Assembly: GCA_038064455.1 (NCBI GenBank)
Contig: JBBTTB010000011.1
Span: forward strand, 1-62,784
DNA length: 62,784 nt
Origin: Patescibacteria group bacterium
Lineage (GTDB): Bacteria; Patescibacteriota; Minisyncoccia; 2-02-FULL-40-12; GWA2-44-9
Reading direction: 5' to 3'
This document shows positions 10,050-22,423 of this stretch, piece after piece. Positions within the stretch are counted from its first letter, which is position 1. Every line of letters begins with the position of its first letter. A program made the position numbers and the translations under genes. Under the pieces are notes generated by a model that saw nothing but the letters and a program-made list of their open reading frames with translations, searched no databases and was not told the DNA's origin.

Positions 10050-10335
10050 AAAAAGGCCCCCGGTGAAGTGAGAGATGCATAGTTTCGCCCGCAGGCTTCT
10101 ATGACTTACTCTGCTATACACTCCACGCAAGGGGGCCGGGTGCTACTCGGATAACATTATGGGCCGCGATGCCCTCCTGCTTCCTTTCGCGTCCCCGCCT
10201 TCAGGCGGGAACTTGTGTCTACGTCACCCAGGGATTCAGATTACCTGTCCCCGGGCCTGGTTATGCTGTTATGCTGTCCGCTTACTGGGCCTCGAGCCCG
10301 GTGCGGGCGCTGGCAACCTTGGTAGCCATTGCGTA
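10050..10335 (-). ncRNA. Candidate ~285-nt structured RNA (unassigned)
   Basis: Extended -10 TGgTAAGAT (10337-10345), several stems, and a terminal GC stem followed by a U-tract. Confidence 0.45.
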
Positions 10336-10365
10336 TATCTTACCATATGGTATATATTCTGTCAA

Positions 10366-11238
10366 ATGTCTCAAAAAGGCGCCCAGGATAAGCCAAAACT
10401 TATCGTCATCGCCGGCCCAACGGCATCAGGAAAATCTGATCTCGCCATTCACCTTGCCCGCACTCTCAATGGCGAGATCATTTCCGCAGATTCACGGCAG
10501 GTGTATAAGGGCATGGATATCGGGACTGGAAAGGTCACGAAGCGTGAGCAGAAACTCGCGCGACATTGGTTGCTTAATATCGCCTCCCCCATGCGCCAAT
10601 ACACCGTGGCTCATTTTGTACGCGATGCTACAAAAGCAATTCGCGATATAGCTAAGCGCGGTAAGGTACCCATTATCTGCGGCGGGACGGGTTTTTGGAT
10701 TGATGCGCTTGTGTATGGCACTTCTATTCCTAATGTAAAACCTGACTCACAACTACGTGCGAAGCTCCAAAAACTTTCAGCTCCACAACTTTTTACTAAG
10801 CTCCAAAAGCTTGATCCTGCCCGCGCCAGCTCTATTGACCGCCACAACCCCGTACGCCTCATTCGCGCGCTCGAGATCGTCATGAAAACAGGCAGGCCGG
10901 TGCCCCAACAAAGCGCCACTATGCCTTATGGCGTCCTTTATCTCTGCGTTTCGCGTAACACGGAAGAGCTACAAGCTCGTATTAAAAAGCGTCTCGACGC
11001 ACGTTTGCACCAAGGGATGATTGCCGAAGTGCAAAGACTACACACGCAGGGCGTGAGTTGGAAAAAGCTAGAATCCTTTGGACTTGAGTATCGCTGGGTT
11101 GCGCGCCTTCTCCAAAAGAAGATCACGCGCACCGAAATGCGCACCGCACTCCTCCACGACATCATTGCCTACGCCAAGCGCCAGCTCACCTGGTGGCGAA
11201 GGAATAAAGAAGTGCGGTGGATTACGCCACCGCGATAG
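10366..11238 (+). CDS. miaA: tRNA dimethylallyltransferase
   Basis: GPTASGKS, ISADSRQVY..MDIGTGK, GGTG, YAKRQLTW; ATG at 10366. Confidence 0.97.
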   Translation: MSQKGAQDKPKLIVIAGPTASGKSDLAIHLARTLNGEIISADSRQVYKGMDIGTGKVTKREQKLARHWLLNIASPMRQYTVAHFVRDATKAIRDIAKRGKVPIICGGTGFWIDALVYGTSIPNVKPDSQLRAKLQKLSAPQLFTKLQKLDPARASSIDRHNPVRLIRALEIVMKTGRPVPQQSATMPYGVLYLCVSRNTEELQARIKKRLDARLHQGMIAEVQRLHTQGVSWKKLESFGLEYRWVARLLQKKITRTEMRTALLHDIIAYAKRQLTWWRRNKEVRWITPPR

Positions 11239-11280
11239 GAATGTTGCGAAAGAATAGCAATGACGTGCCCGCTTTTCTTT

Positions 11281-12768
11281 TTATTGAAGCGCTTTGAGAA
11301 TCAGCTCTTGAGCAACTTGTGGATTTGCTTTCCCTTTTGATGCGGCCATGACTTTGCCCACAAGGAATTTCAAGGGAGCTTCTTTCCCTGCTTTAAAATC
11401 TGCAACTGCCTTTTCATTCTCTGCGAGCACGCGCGATACAATTTCTAAAAGTGCTCCGGAATCGGAAACTTGCGCAAGGTCTTTCTCTCGAATAATGGCC
11501 TCTGGCGATGCGCCATTCTCAAACATGCCGGCGATGAGTGCCTGCGCACCCGACGAAGAAACCTCTCCGTGGAAGACTCGCACAATTGCATCAGCAAAAT
11601 GTTCTGGAGAAATAGGACACTGCGAAATTGGCAACCCAGCGGCATCGAGGTGGCGCACCAGTTCCGTCATGAGATAGTTTGAGGCAAGCTTATATAAACG
11701 CGGTACATGCTCCGCGCTCGGACGATCTAAGTGCGAAAGCTTTTCAAATGAGCCAAGCTCGCTGGCGACGTGTTCAAAATAGTCACCGAGCGGACGGTTC
11801 GTGGTCATTACTTCAATGTCGTGCTCGGGAAGGGCGTATTCTTGCGTAAAACGAGCGCGGCGCTCTGCCGGGAGTTCTGGGACGCGTATCTGCACATCGA
11901 CAAGCCATTCCGGCGTAAGCACGATAGGTGGCAAATCCGGCTCCGGGAAATAGCGATAGTCTGCGGCACCTTCTTTGATGCGTTGTGAAACGGTTAATCC
12001 CTGCATCTCATCCCATCCGCGCGTTTCTTGAATCACACGCTCGCCAGAGCGAAGCACGTTCGCTTGGCGCTCCATTTCATAGGTCGCGGCGCGTCCAGCG
12101 GCATTAATCGAGTTGATGTTCTTTACTTCTACCTTCGTTCCGGTGCCCGGCGCGTCGCTTGGAGCCATGGAGATGTTTACCTCAACACGCATCTGCCCCT
12201 TTTCCATATCAGCATCGGAAACACCCGCGTAGCGAAGGATAAGGCGAAGCTCTTCTGCAAATGCAACCACCTCTTCTGCAGAGGTAAAGTCGGGCTTTGT
12301 TACGAGCTCCATGAGCGGGACTCCAGCGCGGTTAAAATCTAAAAGCGTATCGCTCCCGTCGGCGCTGTGATATGACCTGCCAACATCTTCTTCTAAGTGA
12401 ATACGCTCGATGCGAATGGTCTTTGGCTTTCCGTTGGCGCCCAAGATATTCAACGCGCCATCTTTGCAGAAAGGTCGTTGGTATTGGGTGATCTGATATC
12501 CTTTGGGAAGATCGGGGTAGAAATAGTTCTTACGCTCAAAGAATGTTTCGGGATCAATCGTGCACCCCAGCGACATGCCTGCGAGCGCCACCTTGCGGAT
12601 GGCTTCCTCGTTTGCAACCGGAAGCGTGCCCGGATGCCCCATGCAAATAGGACAAATGTTTGTGTTCGGGCGCTTCTCGTCTGGATCGTTCAAAGACGCG
12701 CAGAACATCTTCGTGCGCGTCTTAAGCTCGACGTGAATTTCAAGGCCAATAGTAGGCGTATATTCCAT
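11281..12768 (-). CDS. gatB: Asp/Glu-tRNA amidotransferase subunit B
   Basis: IGLEIHVEL, RKNYFYPDLPKGYQITQ, DFNRAGVPLMELVT, YRYFPEPDL. Confidence 0.98.
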   Translation of the reverse strand: MEYTPTIGLEIHVELKTRTKMFCASLNDPDEKRPNTNICPICMGHPGTLPVANEEAIRKVALAGMSLGCTIDPETFFERKNYFYPDLPKGYQITQYQRPFCKDGALNILGANGKPKTIRIERIHLEEDVGRSYHSADGSDTLLDFNRAGVPLMELVTKPDFTSAEEVVAFAEELRLILRYAGVSDADMEKGQMRVEVNISMAPSDAPGTGTKVEVKNINSINAAGRAATYEMERQANVLRSGERVIQETRGWDEMQGLTVSQRIKEGAADYRYFPEPDLPPIVLTPEWLVDVQIRVPELPAERRARFTQEYALPEHDIEVMTTNRPLGDYFEHVASELGSFEKLSHLDRPSAEHVPRLYKLASNYLMTELVRHLDAAGLPISQCPISPEHFADAIVRVFHGEVSSSGAQALIAGMFENGASPEAIIREKDLAQVSDSGALLEIVSRVLAENEKAVADFKAGKEAPLKFLVGKVMAASKGKANPQVAQELILKALQ

Positions 12769-12848
12769 ACGAATACCCAACGGTAGCATGTTTTTTGAGC
12801 AAAAAAAAGCGCTCCCCGAGCTCGAAAGCTAGAGGGACGTTCTTCTGG

Positions 12849-13493
12849 TTACGCCACGCATAGCGGAGAGAACTTGTGGTGCACGCGAGCGAGAATCTCG
12901 TGGTGGATTTCTTCGACGCTTTTCACTCCATCGTCAACGATGGCAGTGCAGTTTGGAGAGCAGGTGATCCACTCCCTGAACCCCTCATGCACGCGATGGT
13001 GGAACGCGAGCTCCTCCTGCTCAAGGCGGTCCAGCTTACCACCGCGCGCAATCGCGCGACGCATGCCTTCTTCAGGATCGATCAGGATGACGATCTGGAG
13101 ATCCGGCATCAGCCCGCCAGTCGCGAGCTTGATCGCCTGCATTCGCACAGCGCGATCGCTCATATCCCGAGCCACGAGCTGATAGGCAAACGTGGAGCCG
13201 ACGTAGCGATCGCTCACCACCCAGTCACCACGCTGGAGCGCTGGCTGTACGATCTCGCGAACGTGTTGGGCCCTGTCAGCAAGGAAGAGAAAGAACTCGG
13301 CGTCGGGATACAGTATGGTGTCCCGCGGAGCAAGTAACACCTCGCGAACTCCTCGGCCAACCGCGGTCCTCGCACCTGGCTCTTTCGTGAGCACGACGTT
13401 ACGCCCGTAAAAACCCGAGAGAACCGAGGCAAGGCGACGCGCTTGAGTGGTCTTGCCAGATCCCTCCATCCCTTCGAATGTGATAAACGGCAT
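12849..13493 (-). CDS. tmk: Thymidylate kinase
   Basis: FITFEGMEGSGKTTQ, EPG, DRAQH, SDRY..ST.AYQ, PDL; strong SD GGGGGAGG and promoter TTGCCT-N17-TAGACT. Confidence 0.95.
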   Translation of the reverse strand: MPFITFEGMEGSGKTTQARRLASVLSGFYGRNVVLTKEPGARTAVGRGVREVLLAPRDTILYPDAEFFLFLADRAQHVREIVQPALQRGDWVVSDRYVGSTFAYQLVARDMSDRAVRMQAIKLATGGLMPDLQIVILIDPEEGMRRAIARGGKLDRLEQEELAFHHRVHEGFREWITCSPNCTAIVDDGVKSVEEIHHEILARVHHKFSPLCVA

Positions 13494-13622
13494 GCGCGCC
13501 TCCCCCGTAAAGAACGACGCCCCTCTGGGCGTCATTCAGTCTAATTGAGATGTGAGAAGAAGGCAACCTTACTTCACTTCGGAGGAGCGACAAATAGTCT
13601 ATCTCCCCGCCGAGAAAAAAAT

Positions 13623-14081
13623 CTATTTTAAAAGATACTCAAAATAATCGCTACCCCAAGCCAAAATAGTCCCGCCTGGTTTCAATAACTTTTCCGATTT
13701 TTCTTTAAATTTTACATACTCTCCTAAAAACTTGGATGAAATATCCGGCCAAATATCTCCTATTATACAATCATATTTCTTATCTTCCGATAAATCATAG
13801 AAATCAGATATCGTCACGTTGCCGTGTATTTGGCCGAGCTCTTTCATTTTTTCTATCACGTCGCCAGATTTTTCAACGGTATTTATTGATTTGACCTTGT
13901 TATTCTTTAGCAAGAATTCTTGTACAATCCCAAGCCCATAACCAGCAACCAAAACATCACCGAACGACTTGGTGGCTAAATCCATCTGCAGGCCCCTCTC
14001 TTGTACGGTGTCCCACATCCACAAATAGCCATCGACATACATAAACCTGTCTCGGTTATGAGTTAATATTTCTACGGACAT
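13623..14081 (-). CDS. Class I SAM-dependent methyltransferase / spermidine synthase-like protein
   Basis: DVLVAGYGLG motif I, TVEKS, YDCIIGD; visibly AT-rich relative to flanks. Confidence 0.65.
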   Translation of the reverse strand: MSVEILTHNRDRFMYVDGYLWMWDTVQERGLQMDLATKSFGDVLVAGYGLGIVQEFLLKNNKVKSINTVEKSGDVIEKMKELGQIHGNVTISDFYDLSEDKKYDCIIGDIWPDISSKFLGEYVKFKEKSEKLLKPGGTILAWGSDYFEYLLK

Positions 14082-14103
14082 AAATAGAATTTCCTATTTT
14101 GAG

Positions 14104-14526
14104 TTACTTCACCTCTATGCCCATAGAGCGGGCGGTGCCTTCCATGATCTTCATTGCAGCCTCTACATCGTTTGCATTGAGATCCTGCATCTTCTTCTCG
14201 GCGATTGCTCGTACTTGTGCCTTAGTGACGGAACCAACTTTCTTCTTATTCGGTTCGCCTGAACCCTTTTCGAGGCCTGCGGCTACCTGAAGAAGATAGG
14301 CTGCTGGCGGAGTTTTAAACTCAAGAGAGAATGAACGGTCATCGTAGATAGTAACAATGACTGGCGTGACCTCACCCGGACGATCTTTCGTTGCGTCATT
14401 AAACTGCAGAACAAATTGCTGTAAGTTAATACCGGTAGGACCAAGTGCCGTACCTACTGGAGGCGCTGGCGTTGCGCGGCCACCGGGGATCTGAAGTTTT
14501 GCGACTGCTTTGATATTCTTTGCCAT
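14104..14526 (-). CDS. rplK: 50S ribosomal protein L11
   Basis: [25 protein letters not shown]. Confidence 0.98.
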   Translation of the reverse strand: MAKNIKAVAKLQIPGGRATPAPPVGTALGPTGINLQQFVLQFNDATKDRPGEVTPVIVTIYDDRSFSLEFKTPPAAYLLQVAAGLEKGSGEPNKKKVGSVTKAQVRAIAEKKMQDLNANDVEAAMKIMEGTARSMGIEVK

Positions 14527-14589
14527 GTATACGTGCTTTGCGCGGGAGAAGCGTCACCGCACTAAAGCGATAAGCCAAACGAGTATATA

Positions 14590-15135
14590 CTACAACTTCT
14601 TCATCTGCAAGAAGTCAAGCTCCACGGGCGTTTCGCGACCAAAGATCGTTACTAATACTTTGACGCGACCGCGCTCTGGATCAACCTCTGCGATTTTACC
14701 ATCGAAGTCCTTGAAGGGGCCGTCAGTGATTTTCACACGCTCCCCAACTGCAATGTCTACTTGGTATGAAGGCTCCTTCGCGCCAGAGCGGGCAAGGAGA
14801 TCGTTCACTTCCGACGCAGAGAGTGGCGTTGGCACCGTGCCAGCACCGATAAACCCAGTCACATTTGGCGTGTTGCGCACCACGTACCACGATGCATCGT
14901 TAACGAGCATTTCTACCAGTACATAGCCAGGAAAGATTTTTTCTTCGATTGTTTCGCGTTTGCCGTTACGAATGCGGATCTTCTTCTCTTTTGGCACGAG
15001 AATGTTAAAAATCTGGTCTTCAAAACCAAGCGTCTCCACGCGCTGCTTTAAGCTACGAGAGACGTTATCTTCGTAGCCAGAGTATGTATGAATGGCGTAC
15101 CAGCGACGTTCTTCAATGTTTGCTTGCTTTGCCAT
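14590..15135 (-). CDS. nusG: Transcription termination/antitermination factor NusG
   Basis: WYAIHTYSGYE, FPGYVLV, KOW domain with IFGRETPVEL. Confidence 0.98.
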   Translation of the reverse strand: MAKQANIEERRWYAIHTYSGYEDNVSRSLKQRVETLGFEDQIFNILVPKEKKIRIRNGKRETIEEKIFPGYVLVEMLVNDASWYVVRNTPNVTGFIGAGTVPTPLSASEVNDLLARSGAKEPSYQVDIAVGERVKITDGPFKDFDGKIAEVDPERGRVKVLVTIFGRETPVELDFLQMKKL

Positions 15136-15138
15136 AGA

Positions 15139-15312
15139 TTAAGAAACGATAAGCGTAAGGATATACGCGAAAAGCGCATCCAAAACGCCAAGATAGGCAG
15201 CCATAACGATGGTGATCGCAACAACAACACCCGTATAGCGGATGACTTGTGCGCGATTTGGCCAACTCACTTTTGCTAACTCTGTGCGTACTTCTTGTAA
15301 AAAGGTAGTCAT
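15139..15312 (-). CDS. secE: Preprotein translocase subunit SecE
   Basis: 57 aa, not in the ORF track: FLQEVRTELAKVSWP plus a TM helix, directly upstream of nusG. Confidence 0.93.
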   Translation of the reverse strand: MTTFLQEVRTELAKVSWPNRAQVIRYTGVVVAITIVMAAYLGVLDALFAYILTLIVS

Positions 15313-15390
15313 GTCGTGGTAGAGAAAAACGCCCGGGGGCGCTTACAGACGATAACGATAGCACGTCTGAAAGCGAACGTCAATTCCCTT

Positions 15391-18683
<3,293 letters not shown>

Positions 18684-18783
18684 ATACGGTAAAGAATATG
18701 TGAGAGTGTAGCACAGCGTGTTGAGCTCTGCATCTTGACCTTCGTCTGAAAAATTGGTATTCCTTTCTCTTGAAGGAGGCCAC

Positions 18784-19170
18784 ATGCAAAACGAGATCAG
18801 AGAGGGCACACGGCTCTTGGTGATCAACCCGAACATGCCCATGTTCGGCGAAGTGTTCGTCGTACGGATACTGCCGCCCGATGGCCCAGGGGTCGCTCTG
18901 TGCGTCAAAGAAGGCGCAGTAAGCAACGCTCCGATGTCGCAGTTCTTGCTGCCCAACAGTGGGCACTGGCAGATGGATGACGTCATGATCGTATCCGCAA
19001 GCCAGTTGCCACTCGATGGGAGAGCCTCGCGCGCACTCAAGAACGTACGGGCCACGCTCATCCCATGGTGGGAGGCAATCCGTGGATACGACCGATCGTC
19101 CGGAACCCTGCAGTCACGCAGAGACTACCAGCAACACATCATGCGTCTGGCGTGGAGCTGGGCCTCATGA
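18784..19170 (+). CDS. Hypothetical protein (cassette gene 1)
   Basis: AAGGAGG SD; promoter TTGACC-N17-TATTCC (18735-18763). Confidence 0.7.
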   Translation: MQNEIREGTRLLVINPNMPMFGEVFVVRILPPDGPGVALCVKEGAVSNAPMSQFLLPNSGHWQMDDVMIVSASQLPLDGRASRALKNVRATLIPWWEAIRGYDRSSGTLQSRRDYQQHIMRLAWSWAS

Positions 19171-19523
19171 GTGTGCCCCAGCAGTTCGGGATCGTCACCG
19201 ACCCCGACAACCAGCTCTTCGGGCTCTCTTGCATGATCAGCAAGGTCACGCCCGCGGGTTGGTGTACGGTGCGCATGGGTAATCTCGAGGCGCGCCTGCA
19301 GGAGCACACGTGCCTCGACACACCCGACGTACCACAGGTAATGCGTATTGCGTCGCCCGAAAATCGAGCCACGTTGATCGGGCGAGCCCTGCGCAACATG
19401 CAGGTGGCACTGCGCCACCTTGCGGCCAAGACGCGCAATCAAGACATCCCCTTCGCCGAGCGCCAGTCCGCGCGCGGCGAGTTCATGAAGATCCTCTACT
19501 CTACCACCCAAAGCACACGGTAG
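19167..19523 (+). CDS. Hypothetical protein, probable paralog of 18784..19170
   Basis: ATGA overlap with the upstream gene; shared motifs; followed by terminator GCCCCGC...GCGGGGC-T tract. Confidence 0.7.
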   Translation: MSVPQQFGIVTDPDNQLFGLSCMISKVTPAGWCTVRMGNLEARLQEHTCLDTPDVPQVMRIASPENRATLIGRALRNMQVALRHLAAKTRNQDIPFAERQSARGEFMKILYSTTQSTR

Positions 19524-19621
19524 GGAGGGCCCGCCCCGCAACACATCGCGGGGCTTTTTCTTTTGTTCGAATCCGGCCTTGTAAAAGCTATGCAGCCCCG
19601 AGTGGGGCTGTATGTATCGTG

Positions 19622-19695
19622 CGCGGGCGGCCGGATTCGAACCGGTGACCTCTTCCGTGACAGGGAAGCGCTCTAACCAGCTGAGCTACGCCCGC
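19622..19695 (-). tRNA. tRNA-Asp(GTC)
   Basis: Cloverleaf; anticodon arm CTTCC-CT GTC AC-GGAAG; GGTTCGAATCC T-loop. Confidence 0.96.
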
Positions 19696-19751
19696 AATCC
19701 TGTAGCCTATATAGGTTACTTGGTTTTTAAACAAAATTCAACCTTTCGACC

Positions 19752-20210
19752 CTAACTCTCGAGCTCCGGATGCCACAGAAAGTAATCGATTTCTCGCTCA
19801 CCATCCATAGTTATTGAGTGCTCACGTGGCACGCCTTCGGCGCTCATGTTGCTCACGGCCCGATCTTCGCCAACCACAAAGCCGATGTGACTGTGATGGG
19901 ATCCATCTTGGTAGGGACGCTCCTTCCAGACGATCACGCTTCCTACGCGCGGAGTGTCATTGCGCTCCCACCCAAAGTTCTGCAGATCGCGCACCGTGCC
20001 AGAAACGGTGGCATGCCGCTCCATCGCTAGCCCCCACAAAAGGAGAACTGACGAAACGAAGGTCGCGCATGCGAGATTGCCGTCATCAGCGATGTCTCGC
20101 TCAACGCCGTTAACTTCGGCGAAGAGGTTCCGGAACATATGATTCTCGCCACGGGCCGCGTTGCGGATCATGGCAAGGTAACTTTTGGTACGCAGAAGCT
20201 TTACACTCAT
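19752..20210 (-). CDS. NlpC/P60- or CHAP-like cysteine amidase domain protein
   Basis: ACATFVSSVL ... PRVGSVIVW ... HIGF ... VSN, consistent with a Cys-His-Asn triad. Confidence 0.55.
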   Translation of the reverse strand: MSVKLLRTKSYLAMIRNAARGENHMFRNLFAEVNGVERDIADDGNLACATFVSSVLLLWGLAMERHATVSGTVRDLQNFGWERNDTPRVGSVIVWKERPYQDGSHHSHIGFVVGEDRAVSNMSAEGVPREHSITMDGEREIDYFLWHPELES

Positions 20211-20294
20211 AGCCCGCATAGTACCAAAATCCTCCCCACAAGCACAAGAAAACGAAAGGCCCCCGAAACATTGAGGGCCCAGCCGCACACTCGG

Positions 20295-21173
20295 CTATCG
20301 AGTACGCGGGAGCGAGCACGCAAGCTTCACGCGATAGAATCGCGCGGCTTGCATCTGCGAATCCTGCGGGAGCGTTGTGTCTGGCCAGCGCGTTCCCGGC
20401 TCACGAAACTGCATGAGCCACAGCGCGCGCTGCTCTGCGAGGGTAAGCCCCGCATATTCCCAGCTCACTGACGTGCGTGACATGAGCCCCTCTGCGTTGT
20501 GCAGATGAGCCAAGCCAAGCACGTGCACCAGCTCGTGTACGAGCGTGTGCTCATCGAAGTATTCGGGACGAACTTCGACGAACGCCTCCTCTATTGTGTC
20601 ACCGTCCAGAAGGGTCCACGCCCACCCCGCAATGGTGTCGGGGATGTTGTGGGTGATGTAGATGTAGGCTCGCACAGCGTCTTCAGGCATTGCTTGCCCA
20701 GGTCGCCGCTCTACCAGCTTAATCCACGGCACAAATGGTTGCAGATACGCGATTGCTCGCGTGAGCGCCTTTGGATCGTGCACGGCATCCGTTGAATCCA
20801 TGAGCGAGATCACCATCACGCCCGCCGTGGGGCGCGTGAACGGCTTTCCCGCCTCGTTCCCAGCGGTGCGATAGAAAAGCTCGTGGAGCGTCATGAGCTC
20901 GTTCTCATCGCCCGTTGGAATGAGCTTCACGGTTGCACCATCCGTCGGCGCGATTGCCATGCGCGGAAGGAATCCAACCGCACTAGCGGCAAAGAAACTT
21001 TCCGCAGGAACCGCGATCTGTGCGCCAGCACCAACGACCACATCGTGCGCATCGCGCACGTACGCCGTCACACTGCCGCCCCCTCCCAAGGCAGCCGCAT
21101 CACGGAACTTGAGGGTTACGTCTTCCGCGAACGCAGAAGACGTAACGAGAACCGCGACCACGATCAAGCGCAT
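20295..21173 (-). CDS. Secreted metzincin (matrixin-like) zinc metalloprotease
   Basis: Signal peptide, HELVHVLGLAH and Met-turn GLM; GGAGG SD. Confidence 0.8.
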   Translation of the reverse strand: MRLIVVAVLVTSSAFAEDVTLKFRDAAALGGGGSVTAYVRDAHDVVVGAGAQIAVPAESFFAASAVGFLPRMAIAPTDGATVKLIPTGDENELMTLHELFYRTAGNEAGKPFTRPTAGVMVISLMDSTDAVHDPKALTRAIAYLQPFVPWIKLVERRPGQAMPEDAVRAYIYITHNIPDTIAGWAWTLLDGDTIEEAFVEVRPEYFDEHTLVHELVHVLGLAHLHNAEGLMSRTSVSWEYAGLTLAEQRALWLMQFREPGTRWPDTTLPQDSQMQAARFYRVKLACSLPRTR

Positions 21174-21347
21174 GCCTACCCGCCTCCATGCTACATATTA
21201 TGCATTAAAAACAAAGAATTGCAAGAAACATTAATACATACAGAAAAACAAAAAGAGCGTTGCGAGAGGGTAAGGATTGGGGGCCTTCTCTTGCAACGCT
21301 CAGTGGTAGAAACGGAGGATCACTCCGCGCCTACCGAGGAACAGGAA

Positions 21348-22256
21348 CTAGTGCCTCAACAACGGGCACTCGATCTCGACGACGGAGTGCGCCATCGAGA
21401 GGGCTGCAGTGACGTCCCTGTCGTTATCCGGAGCACTGGTCCCCGGACGCCGACGGAACATCATGCGGAAGACGTAGGCTTCAAATGAGGAAAAGCGATT
21501 CCCTCCCTGGCCACCAGTTACACTCATCGTATCACGGAGGTCCAAGGAGTGACCAAGGCCGAGACCGTGACCAAGCTCGTGGCACATCGCCCTCCCAGAT
21601 GCTGCAGCGAGGTCCTTGAATCGCACGCGCGTACTCGACACGATATTCCCAGTGAAAGCGTTCCCGGTAGAGCCCACCGACGCAAGCGCCGGGTCGATGA
21701 GTAGGGCGAACTGCGTGCCCGCTCCACCCACCGAAACGCTCGCCCTTTGCGTTGCTGCGGTCATCTCGCCAGCACAAGCATTGATCACGTTCATCGCCTG
21801 TGCATCTGCGGAGATTTCCGCCGACGGTGCGAGGCCAATGGCACCCGCCGCAGGGCGAGAGAGCCGTCGTCCAGGCCCCCACTCGTTGTAGACCAGCGCA
21901 TCGATGTACGCGCCAGAGACGTGGCTCGTGTCCCAAAGGTACACGTTCCAGGGGCCCTCACCCCGGTACGCCGTGTTGAAGTCGCGATGGCCGGGAGCCG
22001 AGATGTCCACCGCATCGCCCGAACGGAGCGACATGGAGACTTCGCCAGTTGAATTCGTCGTCACACGACCCGCAGGGGTCACGATCACGGCCCCAGCGAT
22101 GGGCATGTCGTCCCATCCGCTGAAAACGCGGACGGAGACAGACTGCGTGCCCGGAGTGGGCGTTGCCGTCGGCCCCGGGGTGGGACCAGACGGGCTTCCT
22201 CCCCCCCCACACGCGGCAAGCGTGAGGGGGAGGATGAGAACGAGCGCGTTGCGCAT
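21348..22256 (-). CDS. Lipoprotein metzincin (matrixin-like) zinc metalloprotease
   Basis: Lipobox LAAC, P/T linker, HELGHGLGLGH, Met-turn DTM; AAGGAGG SD. Confidence 0.82.
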   Translation of the reverse strand: MRNALVLILPLTLAACGGGGSPSGPTPGPTATPTPGTQSVSVRVFSGWDDMPIAGAVIVTPAGRVTTNSTGEVSMSLRSGDAVDISAPGHRDFNTAYRGEGPWNVYLWDTSHVSGAYIDALVYNEWGPGRRLSRPAAGAIGLAPSAEISADAQAMNVINACAGEMTAATQRASVSVGGAGTQFALLIDPALASVGSTGNAFTGNIVSSTRVRFKDLAAASGRAMCHELGHGLGLGHSLDLRDTMSVTGGQGGNRFSSFEAYVFRMMFRRRPGTSAPDNDRDVTAALSMAHSVVEIECPLLRH

Positions 22257-22423
22257 GGGATTCCCTCCTTACCGCCGTGAGGCGGAGTTGAGACAAAACC
22301 CTACTCTGATGTAATTCCTGTTGTGAGGGTACTAGATATATTATACCACAAAAAAGAGCATTGTAGCAAGATGCTCTTTTTGCACCAAAAAGCCCCATTT
22401 CTGGGGCTTTTGGATATCCACCG

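Noticed and set aside
10150-10230. Canonical SRP RNA call
   Set aside because: GGAAGCAG is present, but the matching CAGG-stem-GNRA half of helix 8 is not in canonical form.
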